Shown piece after piece: positions 12,341 through 25,559 of a DNA stretch of 64,000 nucleotides. The notes beneath the pieces are model-generated. The model worked only from the letters and a program-made list of their open reading frames with translations, searched no databases and had not been told where the DNA came from. Every line of letters begins with the position of its first letter. Position 1 is the first letter of the stretch. A program made the translations under genes and the position numbers. Source of the stretch: Hemiscyllium ocellatum (Eukaryota); contig NC_083402.1 of NCBI RefSeq assembly GCF_020745735.1, positions 7,626,001 through 7,690,000 on the forward strand. The letters run 5' to 3'.

Positions 12341-14431
12341 TCAGACATCACCAGGTTATAGTCCGAAGGTTTAATTTGAAGCACTAGCTTTTGGAGCGCT
12401 GCTCCTTCATCAAGTGATAGTGGAGTATAAGATTGTAAGTCACAGAACTTACAGCAAATTTTTATTGTGTGAAATTATATGTTACTGAAATTATATGTTG
12501 AAAAAGACCAGGATAGTTTGTTAAGTCTCGCATCCATTAGAATGACCATGTTGGTTTCAGTGCTTTTATATGCAAATCACAATTCTTTTTTAAAAGCTCC
12601 ATTCTCAAGTGAACTTTAACAATTGGTGTCTGTCAGCCCAGATAATGTATTGAAGATGTGAGCTCCCCTGGGTGGTACTGTCTGTGCCATAATGTTTAGA
12701 CTGATTCTCATCTAAAAAAATGAATTTGTTGAAACTTCCATGGATTCCTGCAGTTTTTTGAGCAAAATATGATGAAACTCTGAAAGTACAAATTCACCCC
12801 ACAAACTTATATGTGTGTGTGTGTTTGTGCGGGAGTGGTTGTGAGTGTCTGTAAAAGAGTGTGTGCATGTATGTGAGTGTGAGTATAAAGGGGTATAAGT
12901 CTGTAGGAGGGTGCATGTGTGAGTGTGGGAGTGTATGAGAGAGGATCTGCGTCCGTATGTGTGTCTATAGGAGTGTGTGTGTGTGTGTGTATGTGTCTTG
13001 TGTGTATGTGTGTCTCTGTATATGTGTGTGTATGTCTGTGTATGCAGGACTGCTGAAGTGTTCTCTGACTGGGGGTGAGGGGAACACCTCTGTCTGTTGA
13101 TTGCTGTACGGTGCCCACCCATCCGTTGCCATAGCCCCTGCTTGGTCTCACCAATGCAGCATGCCTCAGGGCATCCTTGCCTGCAGCGAATGGGATAGAC
13201 AACGTTGGCTGAGTTGCATGAGTACCTGCCACATACAGCAGTCTGGGACATTCAACCTTGGACTTTCAGGTGACCATCCTCCAAGGCGGACTTCGGGACA
13301 GGCAGCAACAAAAAGTGGCCGAGCAGAGGCTCTTGGCCAAGTTCGGTCCCCATGGGGATGGCCTCAACCGGGATCTTGGGTTCATGTCACACTNNNNNNN
13401 NNNNNNNNNNNNNNNNNNNNNNNNNNNNNNNNNNNNNNNNNNNNNNNNNNNNNNNNNNNNNNNNNNNNNNNNNNNNNNNNNNNNNNNNNNNNNNNNNNNN
13501 NNNNNNNNNNNNNNNNNNNNNNNCTCTCCTACACACACACAGACACTCCTACACACTCACAAACATACACACACACTCCTACACACATACTCACACGCAC
13601 ACACTNNNNNNNNNNNNNNNNNNNNNNNNNNNNNNNNNNNNNNNNNNNNNNNNNNNNNNNNNNNNNNNNNNNNNNNNNNNNNNNNNNNNNNNNNNNNNNN
13701 NNNNNNNNNNNNNNNNNNNNNNNNNNNNNNNNNNNNNNNNNNNNNNNNNNNNNNNNNNNNNNNNNNNNNNNNNNNNNNNNNNNNNNTTCACTCTCCTACA
13801 CACACACAGACACACATAGACACTCCTCCACACTCACAAGCACACACGCACACTCCTACACACATACTCACACACACACTTACACACAGACACACAAACA
13901 TTCCACACACATACTCACACACACACACACACTTACACACACAGACACACACACAGATACACACACACTCCTACACACACAGACATTCCTCCACGCACAC
14001 AGAGAGACTCCTACACACACCGACTCTCCTCCACACACACACACACCGACTCTCCTACACACACACACAGACACACAGACACACACACACACACACTCCT
14101 ACACACACACAGACACTCTTAAACACACACAGAGACACTCCTACAGACGCACACATTTACACACAAACACACACACACACACACACACACAAACAAACAC
14201 AGACACTCTCACACACACACACAGACACTCTCTCTCATACACACACAGACACTCCTACGGACACATGAGGCAGACCCTCTCTCATATGCTCACACATACA
14301 CTCCCACAATCACACATGCCCCTCTCACAGACGTATACCCCTTTATACTCAAACACATGCACACACTCTTTCACAGACACTCACAAACACACCCTTCCCC
14401 CCTTCCACACCCCTACCCCCCCCCCCTCCCC

Positions 14432-14486
<55 letters not shown>

Positions 14487-14978
14487 ACACGTGGACGCGC
14501 ACACATGCACATATAAGTTTGTGGGGGTGAATTTGTACTGCAGAGTTGCATTTTACATTGCACAAAAACTGCATGAATCCATGTAAGATTCGATAAATTC
14601 AATTTTTTAGATGAGAATCAGTCTAAACATTGTGGCACACACAGGATCACCCAGGGGAGCTCACACCTTCAATACATTATCTGGGCTGACAGACACCAAT
14701 TGTTAAAGTTCACTTGAGAATGGAGCTTTTATAAAAAAAGTTTTGTGATTTACATATAAAAGAATTGAAGTCAACATGGTCATTCTAATGGATGAGAGAT
14801 TTAACAAACAATCCAGATCTTTTTCAACATGTAATTTCAGTTACATCACACTATAAACCTTTGCTGTCAATTCTGTGTCTTACAATCTTATACTTCACAA
14901 TCACTTGATGAAGGAGCAGCGCTCCAAAAGCTAGTGCTTCCAAATAAACCTGTTAGAGTAAAACCTGGTGTCGTGTGA
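12341..14978. mobile_element. Penelope-like element with two oppositely oriented 3' arms (about 470-bp inverted repeats) around a CA-rich core
   Basis: About 12345-12812 is the reverse complement of about 14508-14977. GIY-YIG N-part on - (SANVVYPIRCRQGCPEACCIGETKQ), C-part on + (DFQVTILQGGL..EQRLLAKFGPHGDGLNRD). Confidence 0.82.
13524..14500. repeat. Degenerate (CA)n low-complexity tract with assembly gap
   Basis: acacac/ctcctacacac units with N runs; source of the His/Thr-rich spurious ORFs. Confidence 0.95.
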
Positions 14979-15724
14979 CCGCTGAAGGTACTTACAGATC
15001 GGATCCATTGAACCCTCCTGAATTCATTCATGCAGAACCCTCCGCCCGTTGCTCAAAGTTAATTTTCTTTCAACAAGGTCAAGGATTTTACAGCCTCCCC
15101 CCATCACTCTGTTGCTCAAACACATTCAAAGTATTGACCACACTCTGTGTGAAGGGGAACCCCCTGGTGTCATTCCTAATGTAACCATTCACCAGCTCCA
15201 ACCTGTGACCTTTGAAATGAGCACAGGTTAATTTAAACTCAGAGTCCATATTACATTTTCCTACACTGAGTAAAATATTTGGGTGCAGGAGGAGGGGGAT
15301 AACCAGCCATGTGGCTCTTTGCTGCATGAACTTAAAAGAGGAGCTATGAGATTAAATGTTCCCTCATTCTTATTTAAATCAGTAATCTGTTATTTTGTAA
15401 TTGTTCCCCTGTTTGCCTTCTGTTCACAAGAGTAAATATCCTCTCAGAATCTGTCTTGTCAAGCTCCTCAGGATCTTGAGGAAGGGTCACTCTGCCTGAA
15501 ATGTTAACTCTGATTTCTCTCCACAGGTGCTGCCAGACCTGCTGAGCTTTTCCAGCAATTTCCATTTTTGTTTCTGATTTGCAGCATCAGCAGCTTTGTT
15601 TTCGGTTTTTCCTCAGGATGTTCTTTGTTTCATTTATTTCTCCTTTTGTTTTATTCCATCATGGGTGTCGCTGGCCCGGATTATGTGCATGTATTGTCCA
15701 TCCTGATTGCCCAGGTGAAGCTGC

Positions 15725-18700
15725 TGTTATGAGACGGCGTTGAAGCCTTCTGCTAATTAAACCAAACACCCAGAAAAGCCCACCTCACATCGCCATCTGT
15801 TAAAGTATGAGGAACAGAGAACTCCCAAAATTCACTTTTATATAAAAAATGGATTCTTTAACTCTCAAAGTGTACCTTAAACAACAACTATTTCCAACTC
15901 TTAGCCTCCTTTCCCTAAACCGCTTGCTATCTGTCTCCAACTCTATAACAATCTACTGTTCCAATAAGCACCTGTATTAAAATTACATCAGCTTCATTAC
16001 AAGACCACACAGTGGCTGTTATTATTGGTGTGTTTCTTCTTTCAGCTCAAGATCTCCCTGAGTTGTCTTCTGTCTTTCACTGCAAAGATGTTTCATATGA
16101 GAAACCTCCCTTTGATCGAGAATGTTTTGAATGGCAATTTCTTTCTGTCTAACTTTCAAAATGTTTGCTTTTTTTTATACCCCAAACATCAGGTAGTTTC
16201 ATTGTTTCGAAGTTGGCAAAAACAATAAATTCAAACTCATTTTGTATCCTGGGGCATAATTTAAACTGATTGATTAGATTCAAATTATGGACAAAACAAT
16301 TGAGGTATCTAGTTTACAGCTAAATGTTACATATTTTCAATTTTCCAGTACACTCTGAGACTGCTCGTCAGTCACATGACAGGTGCCTGCACGTTCTCAG
16401 TGCAGAACAGCTTACACTCTCGCTTAAAGGTACAGTACGCACCTTCAACTTCATAACAAACACCCCCAAAGAAAAAAAATGAACCATCATAATGAAAAGA
16501 TGTCTCCATTTTTTGCCTAATTCTTAACCCCATGACAATGAAATACATAGGATATTAACTTAAGTTCATATTAATTTCCTCACACATATGTATAACATTG
16601 GTATCTGTTCAATTTTATTTAAAATTTATCCATTAAACTTGCGATAATGTTGTATAGCCAGTACCAAACTCAATAATTCCTTTTCAATGGTAGAATATTT
16701 TTCTCTGGTGGGTGTTGAGTTTCTTTGAAAAGTAACCAACTGTCTATTCAATTCCACCATCACCTTCCTGTAGCAGTATAGCCTCAAGTCCAATATCATG
16801 AGCATCGATTGCTACTTTGAGTGCAATATTTGGTGCAGCTAAAACTGGAGCCACGGTTAATACAACTCTTACATTGTCAAGTGCCTCCTGGCATTGTTCC
16901 ATCCACCGAATTGTTGTGTTCTTCTTCAGGAAATCCGTGAGTGAAGTCACTACCCTGCTGACATTTGGAACAAACTTCCAATAGAATCCACTTAGTCCCC
17001 AAAATCAAAGCACTTCTTTCTTTGAGGTTGTTTGTGGAAATTCCTCGATGGTCTTTGTCTTTGCATTCCTGAGGGTCAACCTTTCATGACCGATGTTATC
17101 TCCCAATAATGTCTCCTCTGCCTTCGCAAATTGTGTTTTCTTTAATTTTATTACCATTTTGCTTCTCTTAATCGTTCAAAGAGCTGTGTGCCAACTGTAC
17201 CATGTGATCTTTCCATGACTCACTAAAGATCACTGCAACATCCAGATATACTGCACAGTTTGTTAACACAGCCACACCTCTGTTCACGAGCTTTTTAAAT
17301 GTGGCTGGGTGTGTTCTTCATTCCAAAGGGCAGCACTTTGAATTGACAGAACCCATTTGGGGTGACAAACGCAGGAATTTATTTCACTTTCTCTGATAAA
17401 GGGATGACAATACCCAAAAAGTAAGTCCAACTTTGTGATGTAAGGGGCTTGTTAAACTTTCTCCATACAGTCCTCAAATAGAACATAGAACATAGAACAT
17501 AGAAGGATACAGCGCAGTACAGGCCCTTCGGCCCTCGATGTTGCGCCGACCGAATCCTACCTAACCTATACTAGCCCAATAACTTCCAAATGCCTATCCA
17601 ATGCCCGCTTAAATGACCATAAAGAAGGAGAGTATTAGTATTGGTCTGAGTCTGATTTTGTAATGGACTTGACCTTCCAATGGTCCATGCAAAATTGTTG
17701 AATCCCATCAGGTTTGGCAACTAACACAATCATCGAACTACACTTGCTTTGACTCGGTTTGATGATAGCTTCATTGAGCATTGCATCCACTTCTTCTGGA
17801 TCTGTGTGGCGTTGAAAGGATTAAGCCTGTAGGTGTGTTGTTTTATTGGAACAGCATTCCCTACTTCTACCTCATGCACAATAGGATCAGGCCTCTCCAT
17901 CTTATTCCTGCATATGTCCTTATATTGCTGCACCAATCCTTTCAGCTGGTTCTTTGTTACTGGGACAGATTGTTCACTAACCTATCCCCCTCCTCAAGGA
18001 CTTCTTCATTGTTTCATGTATTTTAAGGCAATCAAACTGCACAACATGAGATTTGATTCCTCACTCTGTGGGGCAGTAACTAACACCTGATCCTCCAGTT
18101 CCCCCTCTCTATTATAATAATGTTTCAACATATTCACATGACATACCCAATACAATGTTTTTCCTGTCCAGCATCTTTACCAGATAGTTTACCTGACTCA
18201 ACTTTTTTCTCAATTTGTCAGGGACCACTGAACCTGACTTTGAAAGCATATCCTGTCATTGGTAACAATACTAACACATCATCCCCATGGGAAAATTACT
18301 GAATTCTGGAGTTTTTATCTGCCACCTGCTTCAATCTACACTGCACCCTCTTTCAGTGCTGTTTAGCTAACTCACCTGCCTGATTTAATCTCTCTCTCAT
18401 CCCTGATACATAGTCCATGTGTGTGACCTCCGTCTTCAGTCCTGTCAATTTTTCTTTAATTAATTTCAATTTACCTCTCACTTCATGTCCGAATATTAAC
18501 TCAAAGGGAGTGAACTGAGTAGATTCATTTGAGCCATCTCTAATGGCAAACAATATGAATGGGATACCTTCATCCCAATCATTCAGGTAATCCTGACAGC
18601 ACATTCTTAACATGGGCTTCAGGGTCTGATGCCACCTTTCCAAAGCTCCCTGAGTTTCAGGATGATATGCACTTGGTTTAATGTGCTGTATGCCTCATCT

Positions 18701-19990
18701 ATCCATGACTTCTTTAAACAGCTGAGCCATAAAATGAGACAATGGTCTGACTGAATCTCTCTGGGTAGCTCATACCAAGTGAAGAAAGCTACTAACTCCT
18801 CTACCACCCATTTTGCCTTCATGCTCCGTAATGGAATTACATCCGGAAATCTGGGAGACACACCCATTATGGTTAGCAAGTACTGGTTCCCACTTATAGT
18901 TATAGGGAGGGAACCTACATCATCTTAACCCACATGAAAGGTTCTTCAAATGTGGGAACTGGCAACAAAGGTGTTGGGTTCACTGCTTTGGCTCACCAAC
19001 CACTTGGTTTGTCTGACATGTACAGCAAAAGTTAACAACATCTTTGTGCATCCCAGGCCAATACAACGGCTTTTGTACCTTTGTCTGAGTCTTCCTTACA
19101 CTGAGGTGACCTCCTACTGGTAGTTCATGTGCTCCATGGAACATCTCCTGTCTGTATGCTACCAGCAACACAATCTGGTGCAAGTTGAGTGATGTGAGTT
19201 TTTAAACTCGTCAGCAGAATAATCTCTCCTAGAGCCTCAAAGGTCTTATCTATCTTTAAAGCACGTACCCATCTATCAAAATGACTGATTAACTCTTTCA
19301 AACTCAATACAAGTCTGACTTGGTTCCTTCTTTATATTTCTGAACCACTGTCTATATATTTCTGGTACCAATTCATAAGCACTCAAAGTAGCATGTTTGA
19401 CATCTTCATAATCTCTTGACCCCTCATCTGACAGCACTGCAAATACCTCACTAGCTCTGCCTACCAGCTTATTCTGAACTAGCATTACACAGAGGTTCCC
19501 TGACCACTTCCTTTGCCGAGCAAAATTGTCTAATAAATTAAAAAGGCTTCCACATCTTTCTCATCAAAATGTAGCAGAGGTTTGATGTATTTGTATATAT
19601 CACGATCTTCACTCTTCATCTCCATCCTGTTAACTTGGCTTTCCTGACTCATTCACCACTTCCAAAGTTCAAATTCTCTCTCCCTTTCTCTTTCTCTTTC
19701 TTCGCTCTCTCTTTGTTCTGCTAACAACATTCTCTCTCTTTCTTTTTCACTCTCTCTCTCTCTTTTTCCTTTCTCTTTCTTCACTCTTTCTCTCTCCCTT
19801 TCTTCTCTTTATCTCTCTCTCTCTCTGTCTGTTTCCCTCCATTTATTCTATCTCTCTTTGTTTCTTTCTTCTCTCTCTCTTCTTTTCTTCTCTCATGGCT
19901 CTTCTTTCCTTTTCTTTACCTTCTAACTCCATTTTCCTCATTTGTAAACTAAATGTTTCTAACTCTCCTGCACTTCTCTGTTTCTCTGAC
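15725..19990 (-). mobile_element. Gmr1-type Gypsy LTR retrotransposon, degraded (gag-[PR deleted]-IN-RT-RH-3'LTR)
   Basis: From high to low coordinates: gag (FDEKDVEAF, YELVPEIYRQWFR, DRWVR), IN (HELPVGGHL..YWPGM..C, WHQTLKPML..WDEGIPFILFAIR..FTPFELIFG, CHVNML), RT (IKQHTYRLNP), RH (APVLAAP..AIDA..ILLQ). 3' LTR at 15725-16458 with tgttatga...tcataaca termini. No 5' LTR seen. Confidence 0.88.
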
Positions 19991-20249
19991 ACACCAAAGT
20001 GCTTGACTAACTCCCTTACAATTTCAGCTTCCCCATGTCCCTGGTTAGATCCAATTCTAAAGGAGATTTAAACAATCCTTTGATCAGCACATGGATGATG
20101 ATGGGATAGTGTAGGGGGATGAACTGACAATAGTTCACATATCAGCACAATATCGAGGGCCGAAGGGCCTGTTCTGTGTTATATTGTTCTATGTTTTATG
20201 TTCTATATTCTAACCTCAACGCTAATTGTTGTTGTTCTTGGAGTTCAGT

Positions 20250-21200
20250 CATCTCAGCTCCAGAACATCTCTACAGGAGTTCCTCAGGTTAGTGTGTCCT
20301 TGGTCTAACCATCTTTCGCTGCATCATCATTGCCCCTCCCTCCACCATCAGGTCAGCAATGGGGATGGTTGTTCACTGATGAACATGGGATACAGGAGAA
20401 CATCTCCACCTACAAGCTTCCCTCCAAGACACTCACCATCCTGATTGGGGAATATTTCATCATTCCTTCAGTGTCACTGGGACAAAGCCTTGGAAATCCT
20501 TTACCAACCGTATCATGAATGTGTCTGCAGCTGAGGGAATACAGCAGTTCAAGAAGGCAGCTCACCATTCCCTTCTCCAGGGCTGGCCAATAAAGGCTGA
20601 CTGTGCATGGAACACCCACATCCCCTTGGACAATGAAAAGATAGTTCCACATCAGGATGGCCTGTATCTGATGTTATTTTTCACTGAGGTCTTCAAGGTC
20701 CCTACTTTGGAAGGTGCTGGTGGAGAAATGTTGCTGTCTTGCTGCGGTGCATTTTATAGTTATTTTTCTTACCACAGTGATATGAGGGTGGGATTTCCAG
20801 GATTTTGACCCAGTAATAATGACAGAACAGTGATATATTTTCCTGCACTGTTCCAGGCAAGTGGGAAGTATTTCATCACACTCCTGACTGGCCAATAAGC
20901 TTTGGAGTCAGGAGGTGTATTAATTCATAGGATTGTTAGCCTGTGACCTGCTCTTGTAGCCACAGTTTCATTTGCACTCCGGGGTTCACTCTTTATCCAC
21001 AACTGAGGGGCAGTTAATAGTTAACCACATAACTGTGGGTATGGAGTCACATCTAGGTCAGATCAGGTAAGGTTAGCCGATTTCCCTCCCAAAAGGACAT
21101 GATTAACACAGATTCTTTTTTAATGGTGATGGTTACACAGTCATTATTAGACTAGTTTTCAGTTCTAAATATTTTCAATTTCAAATTTCACAATCTGCCA
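20250..21200. mobile_element. Old CR1/L2-clade LINE remnants
   Basis: Shares motifs (aagaaggcagctcaccattccctt, ggagtcaggaggtg) with the 45650-46630 and 60850-62060 fragments. Confidence 0.5.
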
Positions 21201-21552
21201 CAATCCCGAGGACATTAGCCTCTGGCAAGGACAGCTCCCCCCATTATCTCCTCAGCCAGTAGAGGTGGAGGATAGCAACAGTGAGGTTCTTGGCCAATGT
21301 GAGCTGAGGGTTCCTTCACCCTGAGATGAGCTCATCCAATGAGGGCTCAGGAGGTGCCAGGTCTCTCTTGTCCTCACCCAATGCTGATAAAGCTGGACAC
21401 TCATTGATGGGGATCTTGGAGCTTGGATTGTCAGTGATGTTTTCTCTGTTCCCCATCCCAGAGCAATGAAGCCAGTTTGACCGTGATAATGAATGAGTGT
21501 GACTGTGGGAGGTTTCAAAAATGGTGATGGAATGGTCTCTAAATCCCAGTCA

Positions 21553-21588
<36 letters not shown>

Positions 21589-21754
21589 CCCCCTCTTTGT
21601 GTGTGTCTCTCTCTCTGTCCTTCTCACTGCCTCCTGCCTGAGACCAACTGGAAGAGCCCAGGAGAAGGAGCCAACCCGAGAGCTCCCGGACCTGGTGGAG
21701 CCTGTCCCCATTGAGCTGTCAGGACAGTGACACCATCCGAACATTGTTCCTCAC

Positions 21755-22141
21755 CTTCCACTTCCAGGCGTGTTCCTTTTCCAGATCCAAAATTGTTAAT
21801 ATTGAGCTCCACACGACACCGATAGGAACCAGCATCCTCCTGGTTCAGTCCCTCCATCATTATTGAGGCATCTTTGTTGCTGAGGTTCCCCACGAATCTG
21901 AATCGATTCCTACCATCCCGCTGTCTCACATTCTCACACAGCTCACCCTGGGAATGGTCTGGACCAGGATATGTACACTTAAAGATTAAAGCCTGTGTTT
22001 CCGCCTTGTGCCATAAGATGGAGCCGGTAAGTGTGAGGTGAGCGTCAGGGTGGGTGAAGCTGCAGGGTAAGACAGCGGAGCCTCCTTCCTCAGCCCTCAC
22101 TCCATCCGCGATTGTCATTGACCAACCATTAGCAGAATCCG
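21755..22141 (-). CDS. SIGLEC15-like: V-set Ig exon, Siglec-15-like, intact (V1)
   Basis: 387 nt, phase 1-1, ctctctcctcccacag acceptor and G|gtgagg donor. Reads DSANGWSMTIADGVRAEEGGSAVLPCSFTHP...FKCTYPGPDHSQGELC...RFRFVGNLSNKDASIMMEGLNQEDAGSYRCRVELNINNFGSGKGTRLEVE. Has the extra Cys pair and the CRVE Arg typical of Siglec-15. Confidence 0.88.
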
Positions 22142-23150
22142 CTGTGGGAGGAGAGAGAGAGAGAGGATATGAACACAGCACAGACACCAAACAGTGAGGT
22201 AAAACACTGAATCTGTTATTTTGTGAGAAAAGATAAAATATGATACAATTGTGATTCCTGAACAGACTAGTGACAGTGTGGAATGAACTCCGGGCTGGAT
22301 ACAACACAGGTCTTCAGGTGGTTTGTAAACATCCTGAGGTGAGACTGTGGGTGTTTGTTGCTGTTGGTTGAAGAGAGGGTTTGGTGCCTGAGAGTTTTCT
22401 GAACTCTCCATTGTTCCAGGAGACCCAGAGTGATCTGAAGAGCAGGACTCAGGGCCCTCCCTGCAGAACCTTTTCTATTTCCCATCGCTTTCTAATCTAT
22501 TACCGAGCCAGCCTTCAGCAACCTGGCTCATTCATCAGGCGTAGCAGAGGGATGGGGGATGCAGTGGAAGCATTGTGTGGGGGGCAGGGGTGGATACAGA
22601 GAGACATGAAGATGGAAAAAAGTAAACTGAAGTAAAAAAGTAAACTCATCTCTTTGTGCGAGAGAACTCCCATCTCATTAAAGGAAGTTATGACTGGTAA
22701 TGATTTAACCTAAGGGTCACTCTGCCTCAGACAAGGGGCAAGGTTGAGAAGATTGGATTTTCATGGTCACCTCAGACAATATGGGAATTAAACATCCCTT
22801 GTTGGCATCACTCCACATCACAGACCAACTGTCCAGCCAACTGAGCTAACTGACGGTGAGATGGCAATCCAAGTAAATCCAGAAGGCAGTGTGAATATCG
22901 TCAAGTGAGGGCATAAGGGAGTGAGGCATGGCTGGATGGCATTTACTTGTGAGTCAGGCAGATGAGCTGAGGGTGTAGATTAATGAATGAGGATGAGATA
23001 TTGTTGTTATCACACAGACATGGTTGAGGGTGTGACAGGATTGACAGCACAATGTTCTGGGCTATCGAACTGTGAGATGAGGCATGTAGGGGTAGGGGGA
23101 ATGTCAAAGAGGAGAGGGTGTTGCAACATTGATGAAGGAGTTACTCACTG
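22142..23150 (-). repeat. Segmental-duplication unit upstream of V exons (copies at about 406-1230 -, 22142-23150 -, 43200-44090 +)
   Basis: Shared blocks such as catccctctgctacgcctgatgaatgagccaggttgctgaaggctgg and gggaaatagaaaaggttctgcagggagggccctgag. Confidence 0.88.
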
Positions 23151-24060
23151 ACATAAGATGGATGATATCTTAGAATGTTCTTAAAATGAGGTCACATGGT
23201 CCAATGTAAAAACAAACCCCCATCACAACACTCTGTCTCTTAGCATCAAGCAAATTTTGTATCCAACTGGTATTCTCTCCCTGAATCCCATGCCACCTAA
23301 CTTCACTAATTAGTCCACCATGTGGAACTTTGACAACAGCTTTACACAAGTTCATGTAAACAATATCTCCCCCTCTGCCCTCACTGGTCTTTTGGTTACA
23401 TTTTCAAAAAACTCAGTCAAGTTTGTGACACATGATTTCCCCTGCACAAAGCCACTTTTATGTTTTTCAAGACCTCCAACATTTCCTCTTCAGTAAAGTG
23501 AATTGCTTTCAAGACATCAATATTTATTTGCCCGAGTTAAGACCATAAGACCATAAGACATAGGAGTGGAAGTAAGGCCATTCGGCCCATCGAGTCCACT
23601 CCGCCATTCAATCATGGCTGATGGGCATTTCAACTCCACTTACCAGCGTTCTCCCCGTAGCCCTTAATCTCCCTTGCGTCAATTTCTTTCTCCACAGTCA
23701 AAACTGATGCAAACTATTTGTTTAGAATATCTCCCCCTCTCCTCTGGTTCTACACATAGATGACCTCATTGATCTTGAAGAGGCCCTCTTCCCTCCCTGG
23801 ATGCTCTCTGGCTTCTAATGACGTTGTAGAATATCTTTGGCTTGTCCTCAGCCTTATCTGCTGAGGTTATCTGATGTCCACTTTTTGCCTTCCTGATATC
23901 CCTCATAAGAATGCCCCGATCGCCCTTATATTCTTCAAAAGATTCACTTGATCCCAGTTGTCGACACCTAATACATGACTCGTTCATATTCTTAACCAGA
24001 GCCTCAATATATTTATTCATCCATTGTTCCCTCATTTTACTGGCCTTACCTTTCACTCTA
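23100..24060 (-). mobile_element. CR1 LINE fragments with an inserted short (taagacca)n-tailed element
   Basis: KAVVKVPHGGLISEVRWHGIQGE and EDKPKIFYNVIRSQR; tail taagaccataagaccataagac at about 23538-23560. Confidence 0.7.
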
Positions 24061-25525
24061 ACAGGAGCACAGTGTCTCTGAACCCTGTTTGGCTAACAGA
24101 AGGCAGAGAGTGGCTGTCAACGGAAAGTATTCTGCCTGGAAGACAATGATGAGTGGGGTCCCCCAGGGCTCTGTACTTTGCAGTTTTTATAAATGACTTG
24201 GATGAGGAGGTTGAGGGGTGGATTAGTAAATTTGCAGGTGACATAAAGTTTAGAGGTGCCGTTGATAATATTGAACATTATTACAGGCTGCAGATCTGGG
24301 CTGAGAAATAGCAGATGGAGTTCAACCTGGATAAATGCGAAGTGATGCATTTTGGAAGGTTGAACTCAAATAATGAGAATAGGATTAAAGACAGTATTCT
24401 TGGCAGTGTAGAGGAACAGAGGGATCTGGATGTGCAAGTACATAGATCCCTCAAAGTTGCCACCCAAGTGATAAGATTAGATTAGATTAGATTAGATTTA
24501 GATTAGATTTACAGTGTGGAAACAGGCCCTTCGGCCCAACAAGTCCACACCGACCCGCCGAAGCGAAACCCACCCATACCCCAACATTTACCCCTTACCT
24601 AACACTACGGGCAATTTAGCGTGGCCAATTCACCTGACCCGCACATCTTTGGACTGTGGGAGGAAACCGGAGCACCCGGAGGAAACCCACGCTGACACGG
24701 GGAGAACGTGCAAACTCCACACAGTCAGTCGCCTGAGTCGGGAATTGAACCCGGGTCTTCAGGCGCTGTGAGGCAGCAGTGCTAACCACTGTGCCACCGT
24801 GCCGCCCACTACTGTGCCACCGTGCCGCCCACACTGTGCCACCGTGCCGCCCACCCACTGTGCCACCGTGCCGCCCACTAAGTGGATAGGGTTGTTAAGA
24901 AAGCATATGGTGTCTCGGCTTTCATTAACAGGGAGATTGAGTTTAAGAGCTGTAAGGTTTTGCTACAGCTCTACAAGTCCCTGGTGAGACCACACTTGGA
25001 ATATTGTGTCCAGTTCTGGTCAGCCTACTCTCGGAAAGATGCAGAGGCTTTGGAAAGAGTGCAAAGAAGATTTACCAGGATGCTGCCTGTACCGGAGAGC
25101 TTGCCTTATGAAGAAAGGTTGAACAAGCTCAGACTTTTCTCTCTGAGAGAAGGAGGATGAAAGGAGACCTGATCGAGGTGTACAAGATAATGAGAGGAAC
25201 AGCCAGAGACTTCTCCCCAGGGCAGGATTGACTGGTACAAAGGGTCATAGTTATAAGGTATTAGCAGAAAGGTATTGAGGAGATGTCAGAGGTAGATTCT
25301 TTACACAGAGAGTTGCAAATGCATGGAATGCATTTCCAGTGGTGGTGGTGGTGGAAGCAGAGTCATTAGGGACATTTAAGCGACTGCTGGATATGAACAT
25401 GCATAGCCGTGAGTTGAGGGATGTGTAGGTGAAGTTATTATAATTTAAATTAGGATTAAACCTTGGCACAACATTGTGGGCCGAAGGGCCTGTTCTGTCC
25501 TGTACTTTTTTATGTTCTATGTTCT
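24060..25525 (+). mobile_element. CR1/HER1-like LINE 3' half interrupted by an HE1 SINE
   Basis: RT C-terminus (DRVVKKAYG..LYKSLVRPHLEYCVQFW..ALERVQRRFTRMLP) and 3' tail ttctatgttcta. Confidence 0.88.
24474..24878 (-). mobile_element. HE1 SINE, young full-length copy with quadruplicated 5' end
   Basis: CpG-rich full SINE with a (gatta)n tail on +; four copies of actgtgccaccgtgccgccc at 24788-24876. Confidence 0.92.
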
Positions 25526-25559
25526 AAGTTCTAAGTTCAGTTGGCAGTTCAGAAAACAT

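Noticed and set aside
12712-14602. Long His/Thr-rich or Val/Cys-rich ORFs
   Set aside because: These are translations of CA/TG low-complexity sequence and N gaps.
14989-15030. Strong minus-strand donor (T|gtaagt at 14996) as a leader for V2
   Set aside because: The phase-1 frame gives only MDPI with an upstream stop and no hydrophobic core.
24690-24810. tRNA genes
   Set aside because: The A/B-box-like heads belong to tRNA-derived SINEs with central domain and LINE-like tail; no full cloverleaf is evident.
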